Assembly (NCBI GenBank): GCA_002496385.1
Contig: DAJR01000023.1
Location: 3,651 to 67,650 of the forward strand
Direction of reading: 5' to 3'
DNA: 64,000 bases
Source of the DNA: Methanomassiliicoccales archaeon UBA147
GTDB lineage: Archaea > Thermoplasmatota > Thermoplasmata > SG8-5
Under the pieces are notes generated by a model. That model was not told the DNA's origin. It was given only the letters and a program-made list of their open reading frames with translations, and searched no databases. Shown here one piece after another: positions 63,286 to 64,000 of the stretch; position 1 is the first letter of the stretch; the number at the start of each line of letters is the position of its first letter. Both the position numbers and the translations under genes were made by a program.

Positions 63286-64000
63286 TCATCCGAAGAGCGC
63301 GCCCAGTCCGGCCGCCGCATCCTCCTCTGTAACTTTTGGCTCCTCTTTCTTCTCGCTCTTCTTGTCCTGGGGCGCTTCCGCCGGCGCTGCTGCCGCGGCG
63401 GCTGTCGCCGCTCCTGCCAGAGCCGCTTTCAGGTCCTCGTCGAGCGCGTCCGGGACCCTTGCTGCGAGCGCCATCATCTTGAGGTTGGCTTGCCCCACGA
63501 GTTTGTCAATTGTATTCTTATTGGTTATCCCTGCGAACAGGGCCACGTTCATTGATTCAGTGTAAGCTTTGGATATCAGCGGCCTGATTGTCATCGGCGT
63601 CGTGTATCCGATGGTGATGGCTACGCTGTAGGTGCCGCTTATCGCGCCCAGGAGGTCGCCCATGAACTTCTTCTCATCGATCGCCAGAACCTCCGGCCCG
63701 AACACAATCCCTTTCTCCCACACGCCTCTGAGGTCCATTCCCACGATGAGGGGGAATATCTCGAGTTTGGTGAGCATCTGCGCAGCCTTCAACGGGATCG
63801 GGTCGCCCTCCTTTACGAGGAGCTTGGCCTTCTTTATCACGACCTTCCCGCCCTCGATGGCAGCCGGAATTCCTGCCTGCTGGAACTCACCGACTATCGG
63901 GCCCGGTTTGAAAGAGGTCTCGCCGGCTTTTACCTCGATGTCCGCGGGGGCAATTTCGCCGCCCTTTGCGGGGGCCGGGGTCTTTGTCGATTCCATGACC
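63286..64000 (-). CDS. rpl10: Ribosomal stalk protein P0 (uL10), 5'-truncated by the window end
   Basis: uL10/P0 C-terminal domain with Ala-rich hinge and [13 protein letters not shown] tail shared with P1. The ORF is open to the window edge. Confidence 0.8.
   Translation of the reverse strand, partial: VMESTKTPAPAKGGEIAPADIEVKAGETSFKPGPIVGEFQQAGIPAAIEGGKVVIKKAKLLVKEGDPIPLKAAQMLTKLEIFPLIVGMDLRGVWEKGIVFGPEVLAIDEKKFMGDLLGAISGTYSVAITIGYTTPMTIRPLISKAYTESMNVALFAGITNKNTIDKLVGQANLKMMALAARVPDALDEDLKAALAGAATAAAAAAPAEAPQDKKSEKKEEPKVTEEDAAAGLGALFG

Noticed and set aside
62955-64000. Duplicated C-terminal [13 protein letters not shown] tails as a repeat of interest
   Set aside because: Expected: archaeal P0 and P1 stalk proteins share the conserved C-terminal peptide that recruits translation GTPases.

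Overview
High-GC (about 58-60% by eye) archaeal chromosomal segment. Archaeal hallmarks seen: deoxyhypusine synthase, exosome Csl4, PAC2, DUF1616, Lrp, AT-rich TATA-like promoters, ribosomal stalk P0/P1 at the 3' edge. Gene order: (1) an AT-rich first 1.25 kb with an odd Cys-repeat membrane protein; (2) FolD and deoxyhypusine synthase; (3) a +strand operon CitF-like citrate CoA-transferase / citrate-synthase-family citryl-CoA lyase / CoA-transferase-GNAT fusion / ADP-forming acetyl-CoA synthetase / DRTGG protein, with a convergent Lrp regulator; (4) a 7-kb cluster of uncharacterized, metallocluster-flavoured genes (DUF134, GR-rich DUF5320-like, Mrp/ApbC, zinc ribbon, FAD disulfide oxidoreductase, 2x NifX-like, radical SAM, 2x MinD-ferredoxin ATPases, CGGC protein), the best candidate for an undescribed system; (5) housekeeping genes (aminotransferase, Rpe, Csl4, METTL5-like MTase, TPR, PAC2); (6) a MacB-like ABC exporter with split permeases plus DUF1616; (7) a ~22-kb compositionally mosaic glycan-biosynthesis island (Wzm/Wzt, methyltransferases, 915-aa tri-modular glycosyltransferase, WbvB/WbvR/WbvD-like 6-deoxy-L-HexNAc pathway, several GT4s, WbpG/PseA-like amidotransferase, two radical SAM enzymes including a B12-dependent one, GT-C-like membrane proteins, GalE-like epimerase); (8) LeuC/LeuD-like hydro-lyase pair; (9) tRNA-Ala(CGC) flanked by hairpin-rich non-coding DNA, including a ~60-nt element repeated in inverse orientation at the window start; (10) YgiQ radical SAM and a zinc-ribbon/DUF4234 + PrsW-like protease + zinc-ribbon module. 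No CRISPR array, rRNA or obvious transposase was seen. Many long antisense ORFs in the track are GC-driven artefacts. All functional calls rest on motifs and recalled family resemblance; no database search was possible.
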